From assembly GCF_009914755.1 (NCBI RefSeq), contig NC_060927.1: 64,000 nt of DNA, one strand, 5' to 3'. The notes under the pieces were generated by a model that made no database searches, was not told the DNA's origin, and saw nothing but the letters and a program-made list of their open reading frames with translations. The translations under genes were made by a program, and so were the position numbers. This document shows positions 28,778 through 44,174 of this stretch, one piece after another. The stretch is from the human T2T-CHM13v2.0 reference genome, Homo sapiens. How positions within the stretch are numbered: the first letter of the stretch is position 1; the number at the start of each line of letters is the position of its first letter.

Positions 28778-29380
28778 GCACATGACTAGAATCCAGAGCA
28801 AATCATCACCTGCCTCCGCCATAGGTTAGTTTTGCCTGTTTTTACATTTTATTCAAATGGCATCACATACTGCGCACTCTTTTGTGTCTGGGTTCTTTTA
28901 TATTCATTATGTTTATGAAATCCATCCTTGTTGTATGTGATTGAAGTTCATTCAATCGCACTGGTTTATAGAATTTCACTGTACAGTTATACCACAATAT
29001 ATTTTTCCATTCTACTGTAGATGGGCAATTGGGTGGTTTCTGAGCCTAGTGTACCTCAAAATCAGATAAGGTCAATACAAAGAAGAGAAGATGAAAATCT
29101 CATTGCTTATTTCACTGATGAATGTAGGTACAAACATTCTAAATAAAAGATTAGCTAACTGAATCCGATGGTATATTTATTTTTTTAAATAATACATTAT
29201 GTCAGGTAAGGTTTATCCTAGCAATGCCAAGACAGTTCAATGTCAGAAAATAAATCAATATAATTCGCTATATTAATAGACTAAATAAGAAAAATCAAAT
29301 TCTATCTCGACTGGTGAATAAAATTTATTAGGTAAAGCCTAGCAAGCTGGAAATAGAAGGTCACTTTCTTAACCTAGTGA

Positions 29381-29858
<478 letters not shown>

Positions 29859-30334
29859 TGAAACAGGTACAAGGATGTAAGAGCAAAAGATAAAATTGTC
29901 AGTATTGAAGATAATTTAATCATCTACCTAGAAAAACCAACAGAGTCAATAGACAAACTGTTAGAACTGACATAGATTCAGCAAGATGCCAGATGCAAGT
30001 GCAACCTATAAAGCTGGTTTCTCATAGTGAAAAGCAGCAGGCCAGGCTGCAGGCACAGCAACACAAGGTCTCAAAACACACAGATGATGGATAAAAAACA
30101 GTGGCATTAGGTGCCAGGAATGGACTGAGGCAGGAAAAAGACAGTGTGCCTGAGAGGATGGGGCCCCTCTGCAGAGGGCCTGGGATGTCCTCCTAGGCCA
30201 CAAAGATCCAGAATAGATACGTGGCTGCAGGTTGCTGAAACCCCCAACACCCCCACCCAGAACCCTCAAATATTTACCCCTTCAATAAATATTAACAACA
30301 CCTCTTTCTCCCTGCACTGCCCCCCACTCTGGCC

Positions 30335-30505
30335 TTGAGGCTATGGGCAAGCAACTTTGGTCTCTGGACTGCCACTTCCTTATCTATAAAATGGGATGAT
30401 CCCAATAAGCAACTTCCCAGGGATATTGGGTGGGTTAAATATGATAATACAGAGAAAGGATTTAGCTCATGCTTACTAAACATAAGTGAGAATAACTATT
30501 AATAA
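30335..30505 (+). mobile_element. MIR
   Basis: tgggcaagcaactt...cttccttatctataaaatgggatgat. Confidence 0.65.
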
Positions 30506-31189
30506 AATGATTAAGGCGCTCCCCCTGCCTTCCGTAATGCCAGCCTGCACTCCAGCAGGGCCCACCCCACTGCGGGCTGCTTCCAGTCTGCAGCTCCCTC
30601 AAGGGTTAAGTGGCTTGGCTGCGGGCCAAGGAGCAGGAGCAGGAGCAGGAATAAAGCATCAGCCCCAGCAGCAGCATCTCCCTATCTGTGAGCAATCTCC
30701 TCTGGCCCCCAGCTCAGGCCTTGGGAAATAAAAGCCCAGCCAGCTCCTGCCAGCTGCATCATAATGACTTTCCCCTTCCAGGAAGGAGATTGGGTGGGCC
30801 TTCCCCTCCTGCCTCTTTCTCCCTTCCCTAGGTTTAGGGGCTGCTGGGGACACGTGAACTGCCCCGAAGCTGTCAGCTCACATATGAGAAAGAGAGTGGG
30901 TTGTTTCGGCTGCTGGCCCTGTGGGGTTGGAGGGAAGGACAACAGGGAGGGGTCCTGGCTCTGGGAGGTGGGGAGCAGGAGGTAGGAGGTGCCCAGTTGG
31001 TATGCCCTTGGTATTCTGCATCTCAGCGTATCCTCCCCTGGGTCTGGACAGGATGTTTCCAACTGCAGCTTGTGACCCAGTAGTGAATTGCAAAATCCAT
31101 GGAGTGGGTTGTGATGCGCATTTTGAAAGAGACAGCTGGGATAGAAAATACGCCTTGCATATAATAAAGCACAGGCTTTATTTCAGTCA

Positions 31190-31435
<246 letters not shown>

Positions 31436-32814
31436 TTAACTCTCCAGGCCTCAGTTTCCTCATCTGCCCATGGGGGGAAAACAGCATGACATGGGTTATT
31501 GTGAGAAGTTAAGGAGTGGTTCAGGAGTGGAGCTCAGGGAACATGCAAACGCCGGGAGTGGGTTCTTTCTTTTGTCTTCACTGTGCAAAACGTATTTCTT
31601 CCTCAAGAAAGTGGTCAGGAAAGCTTGAAAGCCACTGGATTTGAGGATTGGGTACAGAACCGGTTTATGGCAAGAATTCAGGGTACAGCCTTGGGCAGGG
31701 AGGTTGTTCTTAGCAAATTAAAAGGGAGGGGCCCGAGAGGAAACGGAAAAGTGAGAGTTCCCAGAGGCTGATCTGCCTGTGCACAGCCCTCTACAGTGGA
31801 CACCACCCGCTGGCTTTCCTCGCTGCTCCCTCACACAAGTATCTTTACAGGAATCCTTACTCGTTGCTGGTCATTCAGTCAGCTGTTTTTTAATGAGCAG
31901 CTACTACACACCAGGACTTGGCCGTTTGATGGTGAAATGGAAGGCAGAGCCCACCCCTCCCTGATTGTACAGGTGAGGAAATCACCATGCTTGTCTTCCA
32001 CCTACGTGAGGCAGGCGCCGAGCTGACCTGGCTTTGCCTCATGTGATGCCCACCTCGGTGCCTCCCATGCCCAGCAGTCCATTTTCAAATGGGAAACGGA
32101 AGCTGGGAGTGGGGAAAAGCCTTGTCCGTGACCTCTCAGCCCATCTGTGGTGGAGCAGGATCTGATCCGGGACTCCATGCCCCACAGCTGCCGGGCAGCC
32201 CTTAGCAATCCTCACTGGGCTGGTGAGCCCCGGCTGCTCTCTGTGCAACCAAAATATACACGAGCCCACCTTCCTGCCTCCGCTCTCCACTCCACCCCTC
32301 AGCCTTCCCTCTCCATCATGGTGTCCTTCTTTCTGTCCTTCGGGCATGCCGAGATCCACCCCAACCTCAGGGCCTTGGCATGGCCACTCCCACTGCCCCG
32401 AAGGCTTGTTTGCTGGATCTCCACATGGTCAGCAACTTACCATCAGTCAGTCTCAGCTCCTCAGAGGGGCCCCTGCCCTCCCTGCTAGTGTTGTCCATTT
32501 CCATCCCCCAGACTCCTGCCAGCAGGTCACCTATTTTATTTCCCTCTTGGGGCCTATTGCTACCTGGTTTTGTTCAGTTGGGCACTGTCAGTCTCTCTGA
32601 TGCACATGCAAGCTTTCAGGTTCTAGTCCTGCCCTATAAAGCAGGGCAATCTTGGATAAGTCACTTTCTCTCTGTCAGCCCCAGTTTCTTCATCTGTATC
32701 ATGGGAACACTAACATCTACCTTTCAGCATATTGGCGAGGATGCAATGTGACTATGACACAGTGCCCAGCACACAGTAGGTGTATATCACACAGAAGGTG
32801 GTTTAATAAAAGTG

Positions 32815-33910
<1,096 letters not shown>

Positions 33911-33914
33911 TGAA

Positions 33915-34330
33915 AACAACCCTATGAGGTCAATTCTCTTACCATTTTACAGATAATTCAGTTGAGGCATAGAGAGAAGATCACACAGCTAGGCAGTGGC
34001 AGGGTGAGGACTGGAACCCAGGTGGTCCGGCTCCAGAGTGCACATTCTTAACTGCTTGCACATCTGTCACCTAGAAACATGTTGGAATTTCTGGAATACC
34101 TGTTCTTGTAATCTCTAACTAGCCAGTAATAATAGCTACTATTTACTTAGTAGACAGACATGTGCCTCATCAGGCACTGGGCACAGTTCTTCCCCTGAGA
34201 TTAGCCAATTCAATCACTCCCATTGTTCAGATGAGGAGATAGGCTTGGGGAAGCCCAGGAAGTTGTCAGAGTCCCCCCAGTGAGCGAGCAGCTGAGCTTG
34301 GCTGTCAACTCTCCCATCTGGCAGGCGAAC
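33915..34330 (-). mobile_element. Two MIR elements
   Basis: aacaaccctatgagg...ccattttacagat and cccattgttcagatgaggaga. Confidence 0.65.
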
Positions 34331-35764
34331 CTTCACCCTCTCTACTCCTTCTAGCTGCCTCCTGGAACAGGTCATGGAGCCCGCCAGCTTCCTTTACAAA
34401 CGGGGAAACAGAGGTTCCAAGCAGGCAAGTGCCTGGCCAAGGTGAGGCAGTCCCGTGGGCCTCAGCTTTCCCACCAGTGAGATGAAGGTGGGAGTAGATT
34501 CCTAGTTCCTTCTGCTTTCCAAGATTTAGTGGTTCTTTATGTAGCAGGTTAATCTTGCCATTCTAAATGTTTTCCCCTGGGAAGCAAGAAACATAAATAA
34601 AAGCTTGCCTTGATTCTCAGTCTGTGGGTGTCATGGGAATGGCCAGTTAGGATATCGAAGCAAGAGGCAACTGGCCACAGGGCAGAATGATATGGAGGCG
34701 GTTCCAGCCAGCGGGCAAAGCCCCTAGGTGAACTCTCAGAGCAGATGGGCTGATGGGCTTTTCTAGGTGTGGGAAGGAGAAGGGAAGGGGAAGCATTCTG
34801 AGCATCCTTGGTCCAGCCCATCCTGAACACCCACTAAGGACTGAGACCCAAAGCAGGCACATTTACAGCCACTGCCCTCCTTAATCCTCGTAATGTGTGC
34901 TAATAGCTCTCCCTTTCACATTTGGGGAAAGTGAGGCCAGGGAACCCAAAGCCAGAGAAAACTGAGCAGGTTGCCAGGGACCGTGTCCTAGATGTGGCCA
35001 GGGAGGTGAGATGGGCTGGGCTGGGCTGAGGTGGGGGCAGATAGAGCCTGCAGAGGCTTCTTCCAGGAGGCATCACTGCTCTCTGGAAGTGGTGGCAGGG
35101 GTGGTATTTGCCTATCTGCAATGAGGGGGCTGGGGCTCTTTCCTGGCCTTTATCTCTGCCCACCTCCGCAGACTCTCGTAGCCTGGCTGTGGCCACAGCA
35201 GTGGCAGCTAGCTTCTCCTGTGAAAGGAGTGGTGCTCCCAGCATCTGTAGGTCAGTCTCAGGGAAGGCTCGGATTGGCTACTCCTCGAACCAGTCACTGT
35301 TGCCCCGGGGACAGAGAACTGTGATTGGCCAGTCTGGGTCACATGCCCACCACATGTAAGGCATCAGAGTTTGTCACCAAGAGAAGGCGAATGGGAAAGC
35401 TTACTGGGCAATCAAAAACAATAGCTGCCACGATCTGTTCCCTGTGCTGTGTGTCCTGGATGGTGTCATGCCTCCTCTGGGCCTGTTTCCTCATCTGTAA
35501 AAACTAGGTTAGAGGCAAAAGAAGGGGAGGAGTCTCTGATGACTCCTCCCCCTCCTTAAGCCTGCAGGTTCTATAAATGTGCCACACTTTGAGGGTGACT
35601 TTGCCCCATCAGAGATCCCCTCCTTGTGGTCCCTTTGGTCTCCACATTACTGAGCTCTTCTTTCAGACCCTGCACTGAGGGCTGTCGGCACATGCTGTCA
35701 TTCCAGCCTGACATGAGCTCCAAGTGGAAGGGACTCTCATTCTCTCCATTTTGAAAATGAAACT

Positions 35765-36040
35765 AGACTTTATTTTTGGGAGTGGCTGTAGATTCACAGC
35801 AAAATTGAGCATAAGCTACAGACAGTTCCCAGGTACCCCGGCACCGCCCCCAACACAGCCTCCCCCACCGTCAGCCTCCCCACTAGAGTGGTGCAGTTGT
35901 TACAATCAATGGATCTACACTGACACATGATTACCACCCAAAGACCACAGTCTACATAAAGGCTCACTTTTGCTGTTGCACATTCTAGGGGTTTGGACAA
36001 ATGTATGGCATGTCCACCACTATAGCATCACACAGAATAG
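35765..36040 (-). mobile_element. L1MC1-type 3'UTR fragment
   Basis: gattcacagcaaaattgagc...tgttacaatcaatggatctacactgacaca...gggtttggacaaatgtat. Confidence 0.75.
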
Positions 36041-36044
36041 TGTG

Positions 36045-36600
36045 TGGGGAGCACTGGAAGGACTTTGGGTTTTTCCTGGATTGAGGTGGGAGCCATGGAG
36101 GGGGCCGAACAGAAGAGGGACCTCCTGCTTTCAGCAGAGTCCTTCTGACTGCCCGAAAGAACTGTCTGTCTGGGGGCAAGATGGAGGCAGGGAGAGTGTG
36201 GCTGTGTCTTGAAGATCAAGGCAATAGGGTGTCCTAACAGATCAGATTTGGGGCAAGAGAGAAAGAGAGGAGGCAGGAATGACGTCAGTGTTTTGTAAAG
36301 ATAGGGCTGCTTCTCCTGAGTGGGAGAGACTGTAAAGCAGCAGGCTCGGGAGGAGGACTGGGGACTGGGTTCTATTTGTGCTCATTAGAGCTGCGCACTC
36401 AGCATGGCCTGGTGGAGAGGGCTGCTGCCACCTTCTGCAGGTCCCCATCCAACCTGTCACTTTTGCAGGTGCAAGAGGCAGGGACAGGACCTCGGCTCAG
36501 GGAAGAGATTGCTGGGGAAGGAGAACATCCTGGAGGGGCTGTACGCTATAAAGGAGGTAATGGAAATGACCTACACCCCTGAGAGCTGGGCTGTGGGCCA
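36045..36600 (-). mobile_element. L2 remnant
   Basis: gactttgggtttttcctgg...gggagccatggaggg...gaggcaggaatgac. Confidence 0.55.
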
Positions 36601-36712
36601 CATCCTAGTATGCCCCAGTCTGAGATCCAGGACTCTTCCACAGGCTGGCCTGGGGCATGTGGAGATAGTCAGGAGGGGACTCTCAAGGGATGGCAGGAAT
36701 GCTCACCTCGTA

Positions 36713-37015
36713 TTTTCTTTTGTTTGTTTGTTTGTGACAGAGTCTCTTTCTGTCGCCCAGGCTGGAGTATGGTGGCACAATCTTGGCTCAGTGTAGCGTC
36801 TGCCTCACGGGTTCAAGCAATTCTCGTGCCTCAGCCTCCCGAGTAACTGGGATTACAGGCATGTGCCACCATGCCCAGATAATTTTTTTATTTTTACTAG
36901 AGACAGGGTTTCACCATGTTGGTCAGGCTGGTTTCGAACTCCTGACCTCAAGTGATCCTACTGCCTTGGCCTCCCAAAGTGCTGGAATTACAGGCGTTTG
37001 CCACTGCACCCGGCC
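36713..37015 (-). mobile_element. AluS/Jb
   Basis: Full antisense dimer ending cccggcc. Confidence 0.9.
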
Positions 37016-37082
37016 TTACCTTGTTAGTATTTTCAAGCATAAACTGCTTTATTTTAGGTGGAAGCACAAAGGAACAGAGTGA

Positions 37083-37449
<367 letters not shown>

Positions 37450-37519
37450 TAACTAAGGCAGAGCAGGTCTCAAGCTCACAGCCTCGGGTAGGCAACAGTA
37501 TTTGGCTAGAATTTAACAA

Positions 37520-37716
37520 TGTAGCTTTATGCCCGGTCTGTCCATTTTACAGTGACCTTATATTTATGGCAAAGCAAGGCAGTAATTGGAAGTTTCCTTT
37601 TTAAATACACCTAAGTTGAAAATGTGGATGGATTTAGTGAAAGATATTCAACAAATAAGACGTGGCAAACATCCTTAAGATGATGTATATATCTCTGGCA
37701 TGTGGGAAATGGCCCT
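37520..37716. mobile_element. MER113-like hAT-Charlie fragment
   Basis: atatttatggcaa...aagtttcctttttaaa...tggcaaacatc...tgggaaatggccctg. Confidence 0.45.
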
Positions 37717-38593
37717 GAATAAACACGTTTCCAGGGGTGTTGAGGTTTGGCTGGTGTGCTCCTTTCATTTCAGGGTGCTTGCTGTGTCTGTTCCCACTCT
37801 CTGTGATATTTTGCTCCCCTCTCCCTTGTCCTCTGGGATGTGGGAACGAGTCGGGGGATTCAGCCTTTGTTCCATCCTTAGCCAGGTTCTGAGGACTCTT
37901 TTTTTACATGCGGTCAGTGCTCCTGTCACCTCCAGTCCACTGGGGGGCGTCTCTGCACTGGCCAGACCCGTCCCGCTTGCAGGGTTTGGATGCACTCCCT
38001 GCCTTCTCACCTTGCACCCAGGTACTCGGGCTTAGGAACAGCAGCAAGTTGTGCCCTCTGTCCCCTGGGACTTTCCATGGCACGACCCCCAGCTCTGTGC
38101 ACCATGTCCTCTGTCCCTCTCAGCAGCCTTGGAATGTGAGGAAACAGAGATGACGAGACCGGCTGAGGTCACCTGGCAAACCGGTGGCTGACCCAGGATG
38201 ATAAGATGACAGGGATGCCAGGTAGGCTGAGCTCCCACGCTCCATGCGAGTGCCTGGGAAGGGGTGGGCTGGAGGAGCAGGGGATGAATGGAGGGAAGGG
38301 GGCCTCGGGGCTGTGCCCCTTCCCAAATGTGTGACTCAACCATGTGTCCAGTGGCTGTCCCTGCCACAGGCCCAGCCTATTAGGGAGCAAGCCAGGTCCC
38401 CAGACCTTGGGGATTTATTCCTCCTTCCGGGGGAGGCTTAAATTTTACCCCAGAAAAGGCAATGTGTAACATAAAAAGCCTCCATTTCTGACATATGAAG
38501 AGGGAAAGCCCTCCTTGGAGTCCTTCAATAATAATGATAATAATTCTAAATCCTATTTACTTGGTGCCAGACACTGCTCTAAACACTTTATAG

Positions 38594-38909
38594 GGCTGGG
38601 CTCAGTGAGTGGCTCATGTCTGTAATCCCAGCACTTTGGGAGGCTGAGGTGGGTGGATCACCTAAGGTCAGGAGTTTGAGACCAGCCTGGCCAACATGGT
38701 GAAACCCCGACTCTACTAAAAATACAAAAATTAGCGGGACATGGTGGCCCACGCCTGTAATCCCAGCTACTCAGGAGGCTGAGGCAGGAGAATCACTTGA
38801 ACCCAGGAGGCGGAGGTTGCAGTGAGGTGAGATCATGCCACTGAACTCCAGCCTGGGCGACAGAGCAAGACTCTGTCTCAAAAAAATAATAAATAAATAA
38901 ATATATATA
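38594..38909 (+). mobile_element. AluSx inside an antisense MIR (~38530-39075), TSD TAAACACTTTATA
   Basis: TSD at 38580-38592 / 38910-38922. Confidence 0.92.
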
Positions 38910-39397
38910 TAAACACTTTATAAGTATTAACTTGCTTACACCTCATAAGAGCCCTAAGATGTAAGTGCTTCTTCTTATTCCCACTTTGAAGATGGGGACA
39001 TTGAGGCAGAGAGAAGCAAAAGGCTTTTGGAAGGTCACACAGCAAGTCAGTGGCAAAGCTAGAAGTCAAGCCCAGAGGATTTCACTCTACACTTGTCAAA
39101 AGCCACAGGCTAGGCCAATGTGGGCAGAGGGGCAAGGCTGCTGGAACCTCTGAGATGGCTGGCGCAGCCCCTCCTTGCCGGCCCGGGGTGGCCACAAATG
39201 CAAGAACCGGGAAGGGCCCTCTTGGCACCTGACCCTCACCTGGCACTGTCAGCCCTTGACCACTTCCCCGGTGGGTAGGCATGCCACCTGTGTCTGCACC
39301 CTCCAGCGACCAGGGGCTCAGCTGTTCCCCTGGATGCCTGTGCTCTCCCTGCTCTGCCCTGCCTGAGCGGAATCTCCTCCTGCCCTTTGAATCCACC

Positions 39398-39581
39398 CCG
39401 CAGTGGGATCTGGCATCACCCTGTGGACCTCCAGACCTGCCTGTTCCCCAGCTCTGGGACAGCACATGTGACTCCTTAAGTCTTCTCGGCTGTAGCCCCT
39501 CTGACCTCTACAGATCTAGTAACTTTTCTGAAGTCCACAATCTGTGGCTGTGGCCCAAGGAGCTCTAAGGGCAGTTTGAGG
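39398..39581 (+). repeat. ~184-bp dispersed direct repeat, copy 1 (~95% to 43981-44163)
   Basis: 8 substitutions and 1 indel by manual alignment. Confidence 0.95.
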
Positions 39582-39965
39582 AATTAAAATGAAGACAGTC
39601 CTGCAGCCACCTGTGTATGTGTGTCAGGGCTGGCAGGGAAGCGGTGGCTTCAGGGCTCTACTTCCATCCAGCCTCCGCCACCTTTGCCCCCACGGTGAAG
39701 GCAGCCTAGTGCACTGTTTCCAGGGTCTGGCCCTTTTAAATTTAGCTGCGGGGAAAAAGCAGTTTGTGCAGGTCTGGAACTTGGAGACAATCAGCAACAG
39801 GAAAAAGTCATCCGAGGGGAGCTTTCAGTGAATTATGGAGGTATTGTTCCTGCGCCCAAGGAGCCAGGGCTGCTGGTCCAAACCTCGCTGACCCAGCCCA
39901 GGCCTTTGGGGCAAAACATTGCCTGGAGCTGCGTCAGGACAACACAATGTGGGCCTCTGAAGGCC

Positions 39966-39988
39966 AAAAAAAAAAAAAAAAAAAAAAA
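39966..39988 (+). repeat. Isolated A23 tract
   Basis: Counted directly; no Alu or L1 body attached. Confidence 0.9.
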
Positions 39989-41254
39989 GGCCAGAGGAAG
40001 AAAAATACTGGAAATTCCCTGCATCCCAGTGATGGAAGAGCCTTTCTTGAAAATCAACAGCAAGGGAAAGGTTGCTGCCCGCCCAGGCGGGGCCTCGGGG
40101 AGCAGGAGGAAGTCGCAAGCGATATTTTGAGATATTTTCAGTCTGGTGTGATGCCGGTTGATTTTCCAAAACACAAGGGCCTCATGCTGGGAGGAGAGTT
40201 GAGGCTGGACTGAAGCTCACCAAGGGTGGGGCCGGGGTGCAGGATGGGCCAGGACAAGAACATAAACAGAAGCTGACCCAGTTGGAGAGCTCTGGTGCTC
40301 CAGATGGCTGACTCCCAGGCCCCTCGCCACCCTGGGAGGCCCAGGGGGGTCTCCTGTTGACCCAAAGGCCCTTCCGGACCTCACCTAGGTAGGAAAACTG
40401 CAGATGAAGACTGGGATCCCCCTGCACAGAATGCCTGCTAAGTGGCCAGGCAGATTCTGCTTGCTCGCCTCTCCTGATGGGGCACTCACCACCTATTCAG
40501 CAGCTCATCCCATTTCTGCACAGCTCTGAGTGGGAGAAACAATAACAATGGTTGTGGAAGGGACACAGCAGTGAACAAAACAAACGCTCCCGTCCTCATG
40601 GGGCTGACACTTTAGTAAAGGGACACAGTACAAAAAATTAATAAAATGTATGGTATGCTAGAAATTGCAAACACTGTGAGGGAGAAGATAAAGCAAGAAA
40701 AGGGGTAGGAGGCACTTGGGATGCAATTCTGGAAATAGGTAGTTAAGGAAAAAGTTCCTCCTCACTCTCAGCTGGGACCCACCTCCCTGGGATGTCTCGT
40801 GGACCCCACTCTGCCCTCTGGGCACAGAGGTTCATCTGCTCCCCCCTAGGCAGGGATAGTCTTGCTCTGTTCCAAATTGAGCAGGGCCAACTCCTCACAG
40901 GAAGGGGGCTCCAGCCCTCTCACCCTTCTCTAGGGCTCCAGAGTGAGCCCCTTTCACAGAGGTGGGAAGGACATTGTAAACCCTCTATCTCCATGAAGGC
41001 ATGCGAAGGTCCCTTTTCAGCTGTTTTAGCAGCTGTATCCCACTGTTACCTCCCACTGAACTCATCAACCTCTGATGTCATGAATGGTCAGGACATCCCG
41101 CCTTCTCCTTCCAAGGATAGCATGAGCTTGCAGACCCAAGAATAAGAATTTGCATTTATTCTTATTGTTTCATCTTGCAGCATTTCATCCATGCAGAATT
41201 GCAGCTTGCAGAGATCTTGTTGTGGCTTGCAAAGATCTTTTTGGCATAGAGGTA

Positions 41255-42050
41255 GACCACACATGAGATAGACAAAGGATTAATATTCTCAACATACAAA
41301 GAGTACCTAAAAATTGATAAGAAAAATACAAAACAAAAATAAGGAAAGACACATAGACAAAGAATATGATCAGACAACTCACAGATGCAGAAATGCAAAT
41401 GGCCAATAAACAAATGAAAAGATGCTCAACCTCTCAGGCAGTCATAGAAATGCAAATTAAAAGAATAACGATATGCCAAATGCCATTTTTCTCCCATCAG
41501 ATTGGGGAAAATATTAAATATTGATGACATCCAGTGCCAGCCAGGCGGGGGCAGTTGAGCAGTTTTGACGCGGCTGGTGGGAGTGTGAGCTGCCACAATC
41601 TTTTGGGACACTAATCTGTATTGGAGTTTAAAATGTGTATGACCTTTGGTCCAGCACTTCCACTTTGGAGAATTTTTTGTACAAAACCATATAGACACAT
41701 AAGGTGATATGTACAAGGATGTTTGTTGCAAAAACAAAAGAATGCGCTAAATATTGATCGTTAAGGCAATGATTGAATGAATTATGGGACATTTGTTCTA
41801 TGAAATGTTAAGCAGCTGATAAAAATAAGTTGATCTGTGTGTATGTTGTGTGTGTGTGTACATGTGTATGGACCTGAAATTGTGCTTATGATATATTATA
41901 TAAAAAACAAGATGCAGAGTCAGGTATATGGTATGATCCTATTTTTGTAAACATGTTTGAAAGAGCAAAGAGTAAACTGGAAAAAAATATTCACTAAACT
42001 GCTAACATCAGTTATCCCAGAGGAAAAGAATCACTAGCAGCAAGATTAGT
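41255..42050 (+). mobile_element. L1ME 3' end
   Basis: gacaaaggattaatattc...caaatggccaataaacaaatgaaaagatgctcaacctc...gaatgaattatgggacat. Confidence 0.8.
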
Positions 42051-42711
42051 AAATTTTTTGATGTCATATCTCTTTTGTTTGGCTTTTGCAATAGGTTTTT
42101 ATAGCTCTAATAATTTTGGTAACAAATACTCTTTCTTAAAAGTTATTTTTAAACAGTTCTTATGGAGCTCTGACCATCATGTCTTCATTATGAGCAAAGG
42201 CAGGAGTCAGCCCAAGGACTGGGACAGAAGGTTGTCCTCTCGTTGCTGAGCTGGGGGTCCAGCTTACCATGAACCTCCTACTCCTGGGCTTTCCAAGAGA
42301 TATTCAAGGGCCCACCCCACTTCTCATCTTCATGCTAGCAGGAACTCCATTGTTCACTGAGCCTCTTGGGTTTTCCCTGCCTCTGTTTCCCATATCTTCC
42401 TCTTCTGTGCCTCATCCTACCTTCCCTGTTCTGTGACTAGTACTGCTTCCAGAAACTGCAGAAGAGACTGGGCTGGATTTCCTAATCTAAGTCAAAGATT
42501 TGGAGGCGCAGAGTCTAGGCCCAGGACAACAAACAGTTTCCTTCTTGCATGCCAGCTCTCAACAGTGGTAAAGGAGGCCAGGAGTGCTAAGCTGAAAGGG
42601 TTTCTAGGCTCCACCAACAAGAGTGCTGGGATTGATTATCAATGTCTGCTCTTGTCTAGGGACTGGTGAACAGGAACACCAAAGTTACTGCCTGGCCACA
42701 CTCCATCTCGG

Positions 42712-42870
42712 CAGGTGATTCCCAGACTGGAATAAGCACAGGAATCACTGGGGATCTTAGTAAGATGCAGATTCTGGTCCAGTTGGGCTGAGATTCTGTA
42801 GTTCTGGTCTGATAAGCCCTTAGGTGACATGGATGCTGCTGGTCTCAGGACCACCCTTTGAGGAACAAGG
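42712..42870. mobile_element. MER5A1 (hAT-Charlie)
   Basis: gaatcactggggatcttagtaagatgcagattct...gctgctggtctcaggaccaccctttgaggaacaagg. Confidence 0.75.
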
Positions 42871-43737
42871 GGCCAAGATCTTTGCACTCTCCATTCCTAG
42901 CCACCTCCTCCTCTCCCTCAACTCTTCAAACATTTGCAAACCCTCCCCATATGTCCAGCACTTCTTATATCTGTCACATGGTTTGATTCTTGGAACAGCC
43001 CTGGTTATTATCTTTGACAGATGAGGAACTGGAAGGGAAAGAACTTGCCCAAGCTCCCCCAGCCAGCTGACAGGGGTGGATCGATCGCCAACCTCCCTCG
43101 CCTCCCCTTCTCCTCTCCTGGAGCCAAAAAGCAGCCAGAAAGACCCTGCTGCCACCTGAAAGCACCGTATTCACTGCCATAAATAAGGCCTCCGCTGAGC
43201 CAGCTCCCTCCTCCTTTCTCAGCAACATCTCACAGCAGGCTGGGATGAGAGAAGCCAAGGAGGGACGGGAGGCTTAGCCGACAGCGTGAGTTATGGGCTC
43301 GGGGAAGCCCATTAGTCACTAAAGCAAGAGAAGTTAACTCGAGCTTATTAACGCTAAACGTTTATTATTCACATTGATCATGGCAGCAGACAGCACTCAC
43401 CCCCACCCCCTCCCCCACAGTGCTGTGCAGCCTGTTCAGATCGCAGGATGGTGATGCGGGCTGAAGAGGCTCCCTATGCACCAGAAGCCCCAGGAAATGC
43501 AAGCAGGGCATGCACAGGCCCCAAGGGGCTCTACCTGAGCCAGGGGCCAGGGAGCCATCAGTGGCACAATCAGACACCATCTCCATCATCATGGGTCGAC
43601 CAGGAAGCTAGCAGGCAGGCTGCATGGGGGATGGGAGCCTGCCTCAAGGTCGGCTTGACCCTTAGCAGCAGATGACCTTGCCAATAAGTTGCATGACTTT
43701 GCAGAGTCTCAATTTTGTCATCTATAAACGAGGGACA

Positions 43738-43970
43738 CATTCATTCATTCGACAAATATTTATTGAGCACCCACTAAATGCCAGGCACTTTCTAGGCCCG
43801 AAGGGACAATAAAGAACAAGAAAGATCCCTGCCCTCATGGAGTTTATACTTTGGAGTTGGAGACAGACAAAGCAACTGAAGAAATGAACAAGCAGAATAA
43901 TTTCAGGTAGTGGTAAGTGCGGTGGAGAAAACAATCCCAAGTCACACGCTGGAGAGTGGCTTGGGGCGCT
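43738..43970 (-). mobile_element. L2 3' end
   Basis: cattcattcattcgacaaatatttattgagcacccact...ccctgccctcatggag. Confidence 0.85.
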
Positions 43971-43980
43971 GGGAGGATGT

Positions 43981-44163
43981 CCGCAGGGGATCTGGCACCA
44001 CCCTGTGGACCTCCAGACCTGCCTGTTCCCCAGCTCTGGGACAGCACATGTGACTCCTTAAGTCTTCTCAGCTGTAGTCTCTCTGACTTCTACAGATCTA
44101 GTAACTTTTCTGAAGTCCAAAATCTGTGGCTGTGGCCCAAGGGGCTCTACGGGCAGTTTGAGG
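43981..44163 (+). repeat. ~183-bp dispersed direct repeat, copy 2
   Basis: See copy 1 at 39398-39581. Confidence 0.95.
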
Positions 44164-44174
44164 TTAAAAAAGGC

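Noticed and set aside
37935-37952. CTCF-like CCACTGGGGGGCGT (similar partial matches near 15078 and 57198)
   Set aside because: Mismatches at informative positions; not supportable without ChIP or PWM scoring.
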